A stretch of 64,000 nt of DNA, from the IMG/VR virus record IMGVR_UViG_3300021963_009201, positions 32,001 to 96,000 of that record. One strand, given 5' to 3'. This DNA is from a virus. The position numbers were made by a program, and so were the translations under genes. Below the pieces are notes generated by a model. It ran no database searches, was not told where the DNA came from, and saw nothing but the letters and a program-made list of their open reading frames with translations. Positions 27,221 through 39,000 of the stretch are shown here, piece after piece; within the stretch, counting starts at the first letter, position 1, and each line of letters starts with the position of its first letter.

Positions 27221-30200
27221 ATGAAAACTTATTTTTTACGACTAAAAAATAGTGATTTTACGCTTGTTGATAACCAATTGGTTACGGGTGTTATCGACCT
27301 GTACGACAACACTAATTCGGCGATGGCGACACCATCTTATGTTAATTATGTTACCGAAAGGACCACTTATGGAACTGACCTTTTGGGCGACAATACTTGG
27401 ACTGGTTTTAACGTAATAGATGATTCTTCTAGCCCATCTATAGTGACAGAATCAGGCTATGTTAAAGATGGTAGGTTTGTTGATACTACAGCTAAAATTG
27501 ATATATCAACTTGGGAAATTAATTTTATTAATACGCCTTTTGACATCAGTCCTTATCTTACATTTTACTATAACGATGTTTCAACATTAAATTTCCCTGA
27601 CGAGTGGCTATCTACTGATCGCGCCGGCAGGAACGATGGGTTATATTTACCGGATAGCCCAAGATACTGTAAGCTTGTATTAGATCTAGAATCTCAGTCT
27701 GACACTTCTTCGGTAGATTTTAATTTATTTATTAGGGTAAGAATTGGCAAGCCTGTAATAGCTCCACTCTACGATAGAACTCGTGGGATTTTGCGGAAAT
27801 TTCCTGAATGGATGGAATTACGGAATGATTCCGTAACCCAGGCAACACCTAGCCTTGCTACACCAAACACTATCGCTGGTTCATTTATTAATGCATTAGC
27901 AGGCGAATGGTTAGAGGATATATCTCGCGATTTAAGCTATATCCAAATTCAAAAGTTTATTGAGGAAGCGGATATCACTCAGCTTGCCTGGGCATATATA
28001 TGCAATGGCGTCCCAGACACTTTTGCAAGCGTTTCTGGTGATGGTGTAATGCTTTCTCGCGTCGCAACCGCAGAGGATTTTGTTGAGTTACTAGAAAGCG
28101 ATGATGCATTTTTCTGGGATGAAGACAGTAGTATAGTCTACACCCGAAAAGTTTATACGACCCTACAAATCGATGACTCAATTTATGCCCAGAATATTAC
28201 CCATATATGGAATTGGTTTGACGAGCACGGGCTAACTGTAGACCTAGAGCGCCATAAGGGTGAATCAAATGATTCTTTTAAGAAGAGAATCTTAGATGTA
28301 TACAAGAACAAGCCAGGCGTAGGTATTGAGTCGTTCAAGCTAGCCTTAAGGCGAGAGCTGAACTTGTGGCTATACGAGGGCGCAACGCCGGATTCATCCT
28401 ATGTTGGTGCAACACCCGAAGTCCTAGAAATTAGAGATATATTCGATCACACCGATTATGTAGGTTATGACGGGCTTCCTACTGATAAACTTAAGTATTT
28501 AATTTCGTATCTTTCGGATAAGTATCCAACAACATGGGGTTATTTCAGGTGGAATGAAGCTTATTGGGACATTGATGGGGAAAATTCAAAAGGTTTTACC
28601 TATATCCCAGGTAAATACGACGCAAATTTGTCGCCAGAAAATAGTTTATATTCTGGCGTGGGCGATGATTTAGACCTTTATATTCATAAACCGGATTATT
28701 TAACTGGCCCACAAAGTTTCAGTATTAGCGCAACTGCACGTGGTTTTGAAAAAAGTTCTATTACAGATTATTCCCCCATTAACCTCGATATAGAGATATA
28801 CGGAACTGCAGAAAAAAACGCCTACGTTAAGCAGGGTGTTGACACGTGGATTAACGCAAAAGCAACATCGTCGAGTGGTCGTGTTTACAGGGCAAATACC
28901 CTGATTGATATAGACCCAGAAACCCTACCATATAGCGGAAGTACACCAAACACTTATAGCGCATCTAGAAGACTGCCTATAGCTGATTACGAAAAGTTGA
29001 TACCTCAGCTTAATTGGTTTGATATTGAGCTTGAGCGGAGTATTGGTACATACATTAAGAGCCTGCAAATAAAGATAGCAGATATTACTGGCGATTATGT
29101 TTTTCAAATGCCAAGAGGATCAGTTTACAATTCTGAAAATCCATCTTTTGTTGTCGGTAATCAAATAACGCTTTATGCAGGTGACGCCTATATTTTTGGT
29201 ACAATTAAAGAAATATCTCAAACCTCTAATGTATATAACGACGAAATTGATTGGTTTGACTATTTAACAGTAACTAATACCACTAGCTACGGCAACATAA
29301 CTAGGCAAGATTGGACGATACCGAATTTACTTTACCTAGTAAACGAAGAAGCGACACCATCATTCCTTTTGGATTCGTTGGAAGTTGGTTTTGGAAAATA
29401 CAATCTAATACCTAACGATGTTATACAGAGTAATGAATCTGTTATTTTTTCTACTGTAACAACTGGCGCCACGCCAGTTACTCTCTATTATGGGGTTTAT
29501 GGTTTTGGCAGTGGAACAATATCTTCAGCGACTCCTGCAATTTCTATTGATCAAGAAATAGTTCTACATAGAACTTACTCCACTATTCATGGAACAGTTT
29601 ATTATGTGGATACTAATGTTTCCGGCGCAGCTCCTAATTCCTTAATTGAGGAAGCAAAGGGTATTGCTACAGAAAATGGCTTCGATGAATATATATTAGT
29701 CGAGATCTCTACCCTTACCGATGGGTGGCAGGAGACTGATGGCTGGGAAATATGGCTAGGCGGGTATTATGGGTTGAGTGATTATCCGACAGATAATTTT
29801 TCCCTATACCTTAATGACAATGTAGAATCAGCAACGCCAACGGACTATATATCATCTATCGCTGCAACACCGGGGACTATCTTGTCGTCCGATTTGCAAG
29901 GCAACCCTGAAGTTTTTGTTTCTTCTCAGGAGTTTACCGAAATAAATGATTATAGGTGGTATTCTGACAAGTTTAAATATAGTGTCACTTTAAACCGCGG
30001 GGATGCCCCCGCTAATCAATCTAGCTGGGTTATACCAACTCCAGATATCTTTTGGGATCCGTATATATCCACTCCATCTACAAAAGATATATTTATAGAA
30101 CTTATTACCTCTGACGATGAAGGAAATTTTGGGGCTTTTACAGTTGATTCGTTAGGTAATGAGATTTTTATACCTAAAGAAAATATATTAGTAAATGGAA

Positions 30201-33085
30201 CTAGTAACTGGGTAGATAAAAGCAGCCTATCACTAAATAGCGCATACTCAATCGGGGATACTGGACCAAGTGGTGGGATCATATTCTTAACACCCAATAC
30301 GCCAGGTAACACTACTGGTAGATATTTTGAGGCGGCACCAGTTTCGTCTGAGACAATTGCCTTACCCCCAGCGTTAGGGGGTGGAAGTGTAAATACGGTT
30401 GAATGGGCTCAGTCTGCCTTTTATGGTGAGTTGGTAGACGGCGCAAACTTAATAGATTTGTCGTCTGGACTTCAAAATACTGTAGATATTGTTGCTCAAG
30501 GTAATACAGAATTTTCCGCCGCCCAGTATTGTTACGGTACGACTATAGGTGGCAATTCAGATTGGTATCTACCATCTTTGGGAGAAATGCAATTTGTTTT
30601 AGATAACATTCTTTCTGGCGATCTTAGCGGAAAGACTTATTGGACTTCAACTCAGTACAGTGCCACAGAGGCGTATAGTATTCACTCCGTAAATGGTCAG
30701 CAGACGGGACTCAAAGACGAAAACAATTATGTTCGTCCAATCCGTAGTTTTGAACTTGTAACTCCGCAATACACGGAGGAAAGTGGATACGTACATGTCA
30801 TCGATTATTCTACCGACACTATAGAAATATCGTTAGATTTAACAGGTTTAACAAATTACCCAACTCAACGCGTTATTTATTCATCTTTTGAGGAAACAAT
30901 ACCGGATGTTGCTTCTGGGGTGGTGGATGAAAATGGGCCGTGGGTTAATGGGATAAAGCCAAGAAAAAACTCTGATAACTACAATTTTAAAACTTTAGAA
31001 TTTTCTAGGTCAGATTTTGGAATACCAAATGACGAAAACCACATAGTTACGTGGATTGGGGTAAGTTCTAGTAATGATTTAGTTGTTGTGTGGACCGACA
31101 ACAATACAGTTAAACCGGCTTTTGACGTCGCCTGGAAAAATAATAGTTCTTTTGCCCCTAATAGCATTATTGAATCGGGCAGCGGTTCTTACACTTACTC
31201 TAGTTTTACCGTAAGGGCAAAATTAAAGGTAGACGTAAATGTCCAATGGAACCCAAAAATGCATAGCGGTTGGTTTTTTGATGCAGGACGTGAATACTAT
31301 TCGTATGCCGACCCCATTGAAGAAATAGCGTCACCAGGCTTAGACGGTGCGACATTAAATAGTTTCTACGCTAGAAGTGTTGTGCGCCAGGGTGCGCCAG
31401 TAATCGCAAAAGCCTTAAGTGCTACTCCAGTTGATTTAAGGAGAGTTTCATTCTTTGATGACGATATTAACTTAACGCTTAAAAATAGGCAATATTTGTA
31501 CGGGAATGATAGTGACACTCTGTATCTGGCTTACGACGACGTTTACGATGCAACCGTTTCTGACGTAACTTCAGGAACTGTTTTGGGTACTAATTACTCA
31601 ACTTCTACTAATCAAATCAACATTGGTACAACGTCTTCTAAAGAAAATATTTACGAAATTCAATATAAGTTGAAAAACTCTTATTATGTAGATAATGAGT
31701 CTATTAGTCCGAACGGAAATTTGGTTTCTAAATTTGTGTTTGATAGCACACCTTCGGATGCAACCCCATATAGTATTACCTACGAAAATTCAATTAGAGA
31801 CAGCTCGACACCCATAGATATTCCATTAAACCCAAATTATACAAGTATTGAAGAAGGGTTTATCTTTTTAAGCTTCAATGAATATGAGGCTTCAACACCT
31901 ATTGTAAGAGTTAGTCCCGGAACGTTAGTTGCTGACGGTGAAGATTATGCGTTAGTGACTATTCATTCGGTAGATGTGAATGGCAACCCTAAACCAAATC
32001 AGCAATATATAGTAGACACTAGTTTTGGTTTTTTTGAAGAATCAGAAACAAATTACGCAGTAGTTGTGACCGATAATGATGGATTCGCTTTTTTGACTCT
32101 TATATCTGAATATGGCGCAGATACTGAAACTGCAAATATAAACATCTCTAAGATAGTAGCAGACGGCTTAATTACTACTATTGATTTAACAGATATTACG
32201 GATTTATCAGAAGGTTTGCCTTCTGGGATCGAGCCAGCAGACTTTAGTATCGCAGCCGCAGAAGATCCTGCTGGAATAGATGGAGTAGACATATCTGGTG
32301 TTGGGGAAGTCATTGCGCAGTTGCAGTTTAACATTCAACCCAAATTTACTGAATCTTACCGACTTTATGCTACGGTAGACCCTAGCGCTATCCCGTCAGA
32401 TGGATTGAGTAGCACTAGCGTTTACGGCAAGGTGATAGATGCCGATGGTAACCCAGTCCCATATGCGTACGTATCCTACAAAAAGGGTAGATCCATTTAC
32501 GAACTGTTTACGAATACAAACGCAACCCCTGACGTAGGACCTAGTGCATCACCATCGGCTACTCCTATTTGGCCAAATTCTGGCAGGGTGCTTGCAAATT
32601 CCGTTGGCGTTTTCCAAATTGGGCCATTCACTTCTGCTACCCCGGGAGATTCTGGTTACTGGTTTGTCTCGGCAGAGACGTATTCTGCCAGCCCATCTGG
32701 CTTGATTGGGGATTGGGAGGCGACTGGAGATGTTGTTTTCTGGCAGGAATACCCAGCGAAACAAAATGCTGTTGTTTCCTCTAATTTGTCTATACCGGTA
32801 CCAACAAATCAGGATGGAAGATATTATATCTGGACCGATGAAAACGGCATCGTTAGGTATGGTTTACCTGTACCGCCGCCTGCAACGGTTAATGCATTTC
32901 CCACAACTTTTGACGAAGCAACCCCTACAGCTGGCGCAACTCCTGTTACTAATATATGGAGTCCTCCAAGATGGTATGCAATTAACCGTTACGAGCAGTA
33001 TCAACGTGGAATTCTAGGTGATGATTTTTATGTATATAGGATTTCAAATAGTCCAAATGTTCATCCAGATTATAGGGAATTTTAA
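27221..33085 (+). CDS. Baseplate gpI-like wedge/fibre protein with inserted DUF1566 (C-type-lectin-like) domain and invasin-type Ig-like domains (1954 aa)
   Basis: HIWNWFDEHGL...LERHKGESNDSFKKRILD (gpI-like). IGDTGPSGG...WYLPSLGEM...YWTST...YVRPIRSF (30245-30750). Two Ig-like repeats VSPGTLVADG...VDVNGNPKP and VDPSAIPSDG...IDADGNPVP. 17 Ala-Thr-Pro motifs. Confidence 0.65.
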   Translation: MKTYFLRLKNSDFTLVDNQLVTGVIDLYDNTNSAMATPSYVNYVTERTTYGTDLLGDNTWTGFNVIDDSSSPSIVTESGYVKDGRFVDTTAKIDISTWEINFINTPFDISPYLTFYYNDVSTLNFPDEWLSTDRAGRNDGLYLPDSPRYCKLVLDLESQSDTSSVDFNLFIRVRIGKPVIAPLYDRTRGILRKFPEWMELRNDSVTQATPSLATPNTIAGSFINALAGEWLEDISRDLSYIQIQKFIEEADITQLAWAYICNGVPDTFASVSGDGVMLSRVATAEDFVELLESDDAFFWDEDSSIVYTRKVYTTLQIDDSIYAQNITHIWNWFDEHGLTVDLERHKGESNDSFKKRILDVYKNKPGVGIESFKLALRRELNLWLYEGATPDSSYVGATPEVLEIRDIFDHTDYVGYDGLPTDKLKYLISYLSDKYPTTWGYFRWNEAYWDIDGENSKGFTYIPGKYDANLSPENSLYSGVGDDLDLYIHKPDYLTGPQSFSISATARGFEKSSITDYSPINLDIEIYGTAEKNAYVKQGVDTWINAKATSSSGRVYRANTLIDIDPETLPYSGSTPNTYSASRRLPIADYEKLIPQLNWFDIELERSIGTYIKSLQIKIADITGDYVFQMPRGSVYNSENPSFVVGNQITLYAGDAYIFGTIKEISQTSNVYNDEIDWFDYLTVTNTTSYGNITRQDWTIPNLLYLVNEEATPSFLLDSLEVGFGKYNLIPNDVIQSNESVIFSTVTTGATPVTLYYGVYGFGSGTISSATPAISIDQEIVLHRTYSTIHGTVYYVDTNVSGAAPNSLIEEAKGIATENGFDEYILVEISTLTDGWQETDGWEIWLGGYYGLSDYPTDNFSLYLNDNVESATPTDYISSIAATPGTILSSDLQGNPEVFVSSQEFTEINDYRWYSDKFKYSVTLNRGDAPANQSSWVIPTPDIFWDPYISTPSTKDIFIELITSDDEGNFGAFTVDSLGNEIFIPKENILVNGTSNWVDKSSLSLNSAYSIGDTGPSGGIIFLTPNTPGNTTGRYFEAAPVSSETIALPPALGGGSVNTVEWAQSAFYGELVDGANLIDLSSGLQNTVDIVAQGNTEFSAAQYCYGTTIGGNSDWYLPSLGEMQFVLDNILSGDLSGKTYWTSTQYSATEAYSIHSVNGQQTGLKDENNYVRPIRSFELVTPQYTEESGYVHVIDYSTDTIEISLDLTGLTNYPTQRVIYSSFEETIPDVASGVVDENGPWVNGIKPRKNSDNYNFKTLEFSRSDFGIPNDENHIVTWIGVSSSNDLVVVWTDNNTVKPAFDVAWKNNSSFAPNSIIESGSGSYTYSSFTVRAKLKVDVNVQWNPKMHSGWFFDAGREYYSYADPIEEIASPGLDGATLNSFYARSVVRQGAPVIAKALSATPVDLRRVSFFDDDINLTLKNRQYLYGNDSDTLYLAYDDVYDATVSDVTSGTVLGTNYSTSTNQINIGTTSSKENIYEIQYKLKNSYYVDNESISPNGNLVSKFVFDSTPSDATPYSITYENSIRDSSTPIDIPLNPNYTSIEEGFIFLSFNEYEASTPIVRVSPGTLVADGEDYALVTIHSVDVNGNPKPNQQYIVDTSFGFFEESETNYAVVVTDNDGFAFLTLISEYGADTETANINISKIVADGLITTIDLTDITDLSEGLPSGIEPADFSIAAAEDPAGIDGVDISGVGEVIAQLQFNIQPKFTESYRLYATVDPSAIPSDGLSSTSVYGKVIDADGNPVPYAYVSYKKGRSIYELFTNTNATPDVGPSASPSATPIWPNSGRVLANSVGVFQIGPFTSATPGDSGYWFVSAETYSASPSGLIGDWEATGDVVFWQEYPAKQNAVVSSNLSIPVPTNQDGRYYIWTDENGIVRYGLPVPPPATVNAFPTTFDEATPTAGATPVTNIWSPPRWYAINRYEQYQRGILGDDFYVYRISNSPNVHPDYREF

Positions 33086-36000
33086 TGGAACGTTTTGAAA
33101 ATATCACTTCCTCAGGTAATGAGAAGGCGATTCGAAGAGGTAAGAAAGTTCCAGACGGGGATATCAATCTTGCCTGGGCAAAATCTCCACAACTTTCTCC
33201 CGACAATAGTATGATTATTGTTGATACTTCTTCGACAATTGCCGAAAATATAAATTCTTCGGAATATCGCTCAGGTTTTATGTATGCAAATCACTTAGGT
33301 ATACTCCAAGATGAGTTTGGTAATGAAGTCATTTTTGATGAGTATCCTGCTATAGCGGACGAATTTACAGTCGAAGAAAATTATGATATCTCTAGTGATA
33401 ATGAGTTTATCAAAAGTCATGTTCTAGCTTTTCGCCATATAAGTAGATATTTCCACGTAGACCAAGAAAGCTTGGTTATGGATGACGAGCCCCTGACAAT
33501 TGATAGGGATACAATCATCGTCGAAGATGAAAATGGTAGAGAATATCTGGGTAAAGATGGTAAAAAAAGGTATAAAATTCGGTTAGTCAAGTCCGATGAT
33601 TACCTAGAGACCGATACGGCAATTGGGGTCTACAGGGTATGGGTATACGTCGATACTGATCTAAATGAAAGCTTGTACCTTAGGTATAACAAGGTTGAGC
33701 TTTCCGCTAATGGAAGATCTATTAAAAATCAACTTGTTAGTTATAGAGAGACTTTAAATCCTCAGCCATATTTTAACTACGTCCCGGAAGAATCTGACGT
33801 CGCTGATTTTGCGGCTAATGACAGAAAAATATATACTACAAAAACAACTTCGGAAAAAGAACAGATTATTGGAGTCCCCAAATCTAGTAGCGAAGGTAGC
33901 AAAGTTTACGTACCAAAAAAGGCAATCAGCGACCCTAGGGTTTTCCAACCTTTTAGGTGGCGTGTTGTTGCAAACTTTAACGAAAGGTACACCGTAGACC
34001 CTACGAACACGCAAAAAGTGATAAGGGCGGGAATTCTAAGTAGGGATATCCGGTACCCAAGGACCATATCGGCATTTGAAAATCAGGGTAGCGGAGTTAA
34101 GTATAATTATTTAAATCCTGCGACAAAATTTCCGTACATCTTCTATAATTTGCAAAATTCAGAATATAATCCAACCGGTGCAGAAATAGTTAACCCAATT
34201 TCCGAAAAAAGAGGTTATACTATTGTCGAAGATTTAGACCCTGCGATACAAAGCCCGTCAGATTTCACCGCTACCAATAGTAACGATACTTATAATTGGT
34301 TGTCAAATATGACGGTACCCTTAAAAAAGGTTTTAGGGAATGACGCAAAAGAGTATGCAGGGTATTGGATTGTTAATTTTGATACCGTTACGGAAGATGA
34401 ATTAAAAGAATTTGATGTTCTTGTTTTAGATGTTGAGTCCTTTTCTCTAGACCTGTCAACAGCATTGCCTAAAATTATGAGATTTGCCAGAGATTTTGGT
34501 GGTTCAATCTACATACCCCTTAATGGTAAATGGGACATTTTAGGGTTAGGGTTAAGATTAACTAAGCCTGTCCATCCTTATACCGGTAAGGTGAAGATGG
34601 AGCCCGGTACGTTTAGGACTGCAGTTATAGAAGAGAGCGACTACTTTGGTCTTGGAGATACTATTGTGTCATCCAGTAGTACGGATGAATTGTTCAATGG
34701 TCAAGGTGAGTACGGTGGTTGGGATTTTGAGTCTACAGCTTATTCATCTGTTTCGCCTTTTAAGTTTCACCCATCAGCACTATACGCTAAAGATAAAAGT
34801 TACGTTCAGTATTTTTGGGAAAACTCAGATCCAAAACCAACAGAAAATGACCTAAATTATTGGAAGCCACTTTTCTCCTGTCGCAGATTTGACGTAGTAA
34901 ATCAAAAGGCTGGAGATTCAACCCTTTATCCATTGACCGTAATTAAACGCTTTGCTTCTGGCGGCTCAATAATAGTCGATGCACAAAATATTATAGGTGA
35001 ATGCAATAGCTTAGTAGATTCAGTAAATATATCCCCAAGAAGACTACAAATACCCAATTATTTTAGCCAAATTAATTCGGGGAGGTTTGAAGGTTCTTAT
35101 AAGTTCGGTTGGAACTGGATTTTATCGGCAGTATCTCAAAGGCCACTTAATTCTTCTGATCAAGAAAATTATTCTTCAACATGGTCTTTTGAGTCTGACT
35201 GGAAACCTTCTTGGGTAATTAAAGGTGAAGTCTTAAAGGACCCAGAGAAGCTTAAGTACTCTTTTAATTATGAATCAAAAGATTTATCAAATCTGGCACA
35301 AAAGGCGTGGAGACGAAAACTTGCAATAAACTACAATGATAATCAGGGTCCTGTTTTTAAGACATTAAAGCAAATTATTGATGGTCAAATAGTTAAAGAG
35401 CTTGGGCAAGAATACCTAGCTAGGGTTGCACTATCTCCAAGAACTTATGTCCTGGAAACTACGAACGCTAACGTTAGCGTACCATCAACTTTGGATGGAG
35501 ATATGTTCCCGTATGCTTGGACTGAAAGTTATTCTCCTGAATTTATTATTCCCGAAGGTTTTGGTCCACACGTAGTTAAAGATGAACCTATGATGGCGCA
35601 GTATGCTGCAGGTCAATACGTAGATGTGACTTATCCCCCGCAACGCTTTGCGGTCAAGGTGAAAGCAGATTTCGAGGATAGTTCACAATCTACAGTTAGG
35701 CAAGTGACGACAATCCTAGCCAGGTATAGAGGTAAAGAAGTCTTAAAGAATGGGCAAATGTACAGCCATGTATCTAAGGCGCGAACCTGGACTGAACACG
35801 GTTCTAATCAAATTTTGTTTAATCGATTTTCTAAAAATTGGGGTGGACCTAGGCCTAATTCTATCTTATCTAGGAACGAGCTATTACTCGGTAATATGAA
35901 CTCATATCCCTACGCAGGTATAGTTGGTAACTATCGTATTGGTGATTCGGGTGAGGTTGTAAGGTATATACAGTATTCTTTAAATAGACTCCACGATATT

Positions 36001-39000
36001 GTAACATCGTTACTGACTAAGGGTATTAATGGCCCTACGCCGATAGGGATGAATCGATCCGAAGGGTACAATGAAGCTATGGCCTGGGCCTTAAAGTATA
36101 GGCGCCCATCAGGTCCGCTAAATCAAAACGGGATTTACGATCAAGCAACGGCCGATGCTGTTAGTGCATTAAAAGTTCTGGCAAATACAAGATACAAAGA
36201 CGGTATAGCCGATTCTGAATTCTTTGCAGTTCTTGGAAGTCAAATTCAGTTCTGGGGTATTACGACTGAAGCCAGTCAGAACACGAATAATGACGCGGGC
36301 TTTGCAACTAACCCATATACCTATTTGCGTTACACAAGTGAACCTAATAAGTATATGAATTTGCGGAGTGTTTCAGATTCATCTGTCCTATATAATTATG
36401 CGCAAATTTCTAATTCTAGAGAAAACTCAGATCGCATATCAGATATAATACTTATTCAGTACCCAAAAGTTTATAATTTTCAGTATGTCTCAATAGTTCC
36501 CTACCTACTTGGGGAGGGTAATGTTAATGTAGATTTTGTTGATATTAGGTTATCAAGAATTGATACTACAAGATTTACCGGCGATATGAATAATAAGGCT
36601 TGGCAGTATTATGAAATAGAAGAGCAGCCAGCTCCCGGGTTAGGTTGGACTCCCGACCTGCCAAGGATACTTTGGGCACAAACGCCAGGCGTACTGAATG
36701 AATCAGGCTTTAATTATACATCTTATGCTGTTTTAGAGTTCTTTAGTCAAGAAAATACACGACAGTACATCAAGATAATCCAAAGAGCCCTTCAGGTTAA
36801 TCCTGACGGAACCTTTGGTGCGAGCACTGCAGACGCTGCGCTAAGGTGGAAAACAAATAGGGCCTACAAGTGGGGGATCCCAATAGATAACACCTGGGGG
36901 CTTATATCTTCAGTGGAAAACATCCAAAAGTTACTTCATGTAACAGTTGATGGTTATTATGGTCCAGAAACAGAACGGGCAGTTATGGCCTGGCAAGCTA
37001 ATTGGGGCGGGGAAATACCAATAGATGGTTTCTGGGGGCCAATTACGCAAAAAGTTACGGATGAATTTTTCCAATATCTCGGTGGCTTACCTACTGTTAG
37101 AAGAATCAAGAAGCATTTACCAGAACCATATTTTGTATGGCCGCAGGATATACTCAGAGGTTACAGTAGCGCAAATGCATTAGTGAAAAATATTAATCGA
37201 TCAGGTTCAAGCGGCTCAAAAATAGACATACAAATACCCCAAAGTTCCAGGGCATTTGGTAATACGATTATTGTGGGCATATCATCTAGATCCAAGATTG
37301 CTTCTGGCAGTAATCAAGTTCAACTTGGCATCTCTGATATAACCGGCTACGGAAATGATACCGTTGGGTTCAACACTATATACGGGGGTGATGCAGTAAT
37401 AGACTATGAAGGCGTAGTTACCAAAACTTTCGATATTGTAGGCGACAGGGGTCCAATACAGCTGCAGCACGACTATAAGTCGACGGGTGCGCCAGGTTAC
37501 TTAACTGATGTAGAGTGGGGGATTGACCCGATTACCGAAGTTTCGTCAACTATCTTCCCTGGGTTTAATCCTTCCGAGGTTAGCCTATACAGAGTGGAAA
37601 GTAGTAACCCCAACGTTGAGGCTTTCATCTCAAAGGATGGAAAACTTTACCTAAGGACAGATGAAGTCATTAACAATAGTGAATCAAAATACAGTGAAGG
37701 ACAATGGCTTCCGTGTCCTCCCGATACACCTATGGATAAGGGAGAAATGGTAGCCTTTTCTTCTCGTACATCAACCTCTACAGTGATTGTAAATCCTTCG
37801 CAAAACCCCATTTACGCAATGGATGAGAATGGGAAAATGTTCCCCGGTGTGCAAACTGGCTTTGTTAGTAAGGCTGAAGGCATAAAGTTGCTTTGTGATT
37901 CTCAAGGTAGGCCAGTCGGGTTCCCCCAAGTCCCTTCCGGCGTTGGTCCCGAAGAAGCTCAAAGACACTATACGAGATTTAACCTCGATTTTTTTGTCTC
38001 GTCTACTTTTGTTCGTGTTGGTTTTTATGATAAAAAGCAAAAAGAATTCATTATTAACTCAGATGAATCCTCGATGAGTTATATTGAATATATTAATCGA
38101 GGCCCGGAGAATGTTTATATTGGCGTTGTTGCCGAGACAGAATCTATAGAGACTAAAAACTACCCGACAGTTGAAAACGGTTTTGGTCAAATACCATTTA
38201 AGTACGCAATGCCAGTTTATGGGATAACCGCAAAAAGCGCATCAAAAATAGGCATCGAACGAATTGACTCTAACTTGGGCATTTCCGATATATGGGGCAT
38301 CCCAATAAGGGCTGGTTCATTCAGCAGGGTTGTAAACGTGCCGTCAAATTCTGTGCTACCGATTTCTGGTTGGGTTTCTGAGTATCAGGGTAAAAACGTT
38401 AAAGCGTTTTATTCAGTTCCTGAGGCAAGTAAAATGGGATGGTCATCAGTATACGGTAGGCCATATATTGATGTTAAATCGGAAAATCCGACTGTTATAT
38501 CAACGGACGTGATACGTGTTAAGCAGGCTCCTATAGCTATGTTTGTTGAGCCAACACAGATTCCTTCTAATTCTGACCCCATTAAGCCAAGGTTTACTGT
38601 TTGGACGAGAAGCACCGCATATGACGAGTGGGTGCAAATATCGATGTCAGATATTGTCGACTACAATAGCTCAAATGGAACAATATATCTGAAAACTCCC
38701 TTGGCTGAAGAAGACCCAAATCTTGTAAAAGTTGACTATACATGCTTATCAAGAGTTTACGTCGCTAAAAAAATTAATGGTCAAAATGTTAATTTAAACC
38801 CTTATGTAAAATCTAGGCCAGAACTTATAGGTGTGCCGATTTACGTCTACATACTCCCAGCCTATGTTGTTAACGGTGACGGAGAGATTATTCCTGATTC
38901 GATTAATGAAGCAACCCTAAACATTGCAACGGATAATTCTATTCTAAACCAATTTAGTTCAACATATAATCCCCTAGCCCTTCATATAGGAACGGTTTTT

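Noticed and set aside
30245-30750. Active diversity-generating retroelement targeting the lectin domain
   Set aside because: No reverse transcriptase, template repeat or IMH seen in the window; kept only as a possibility in findings.
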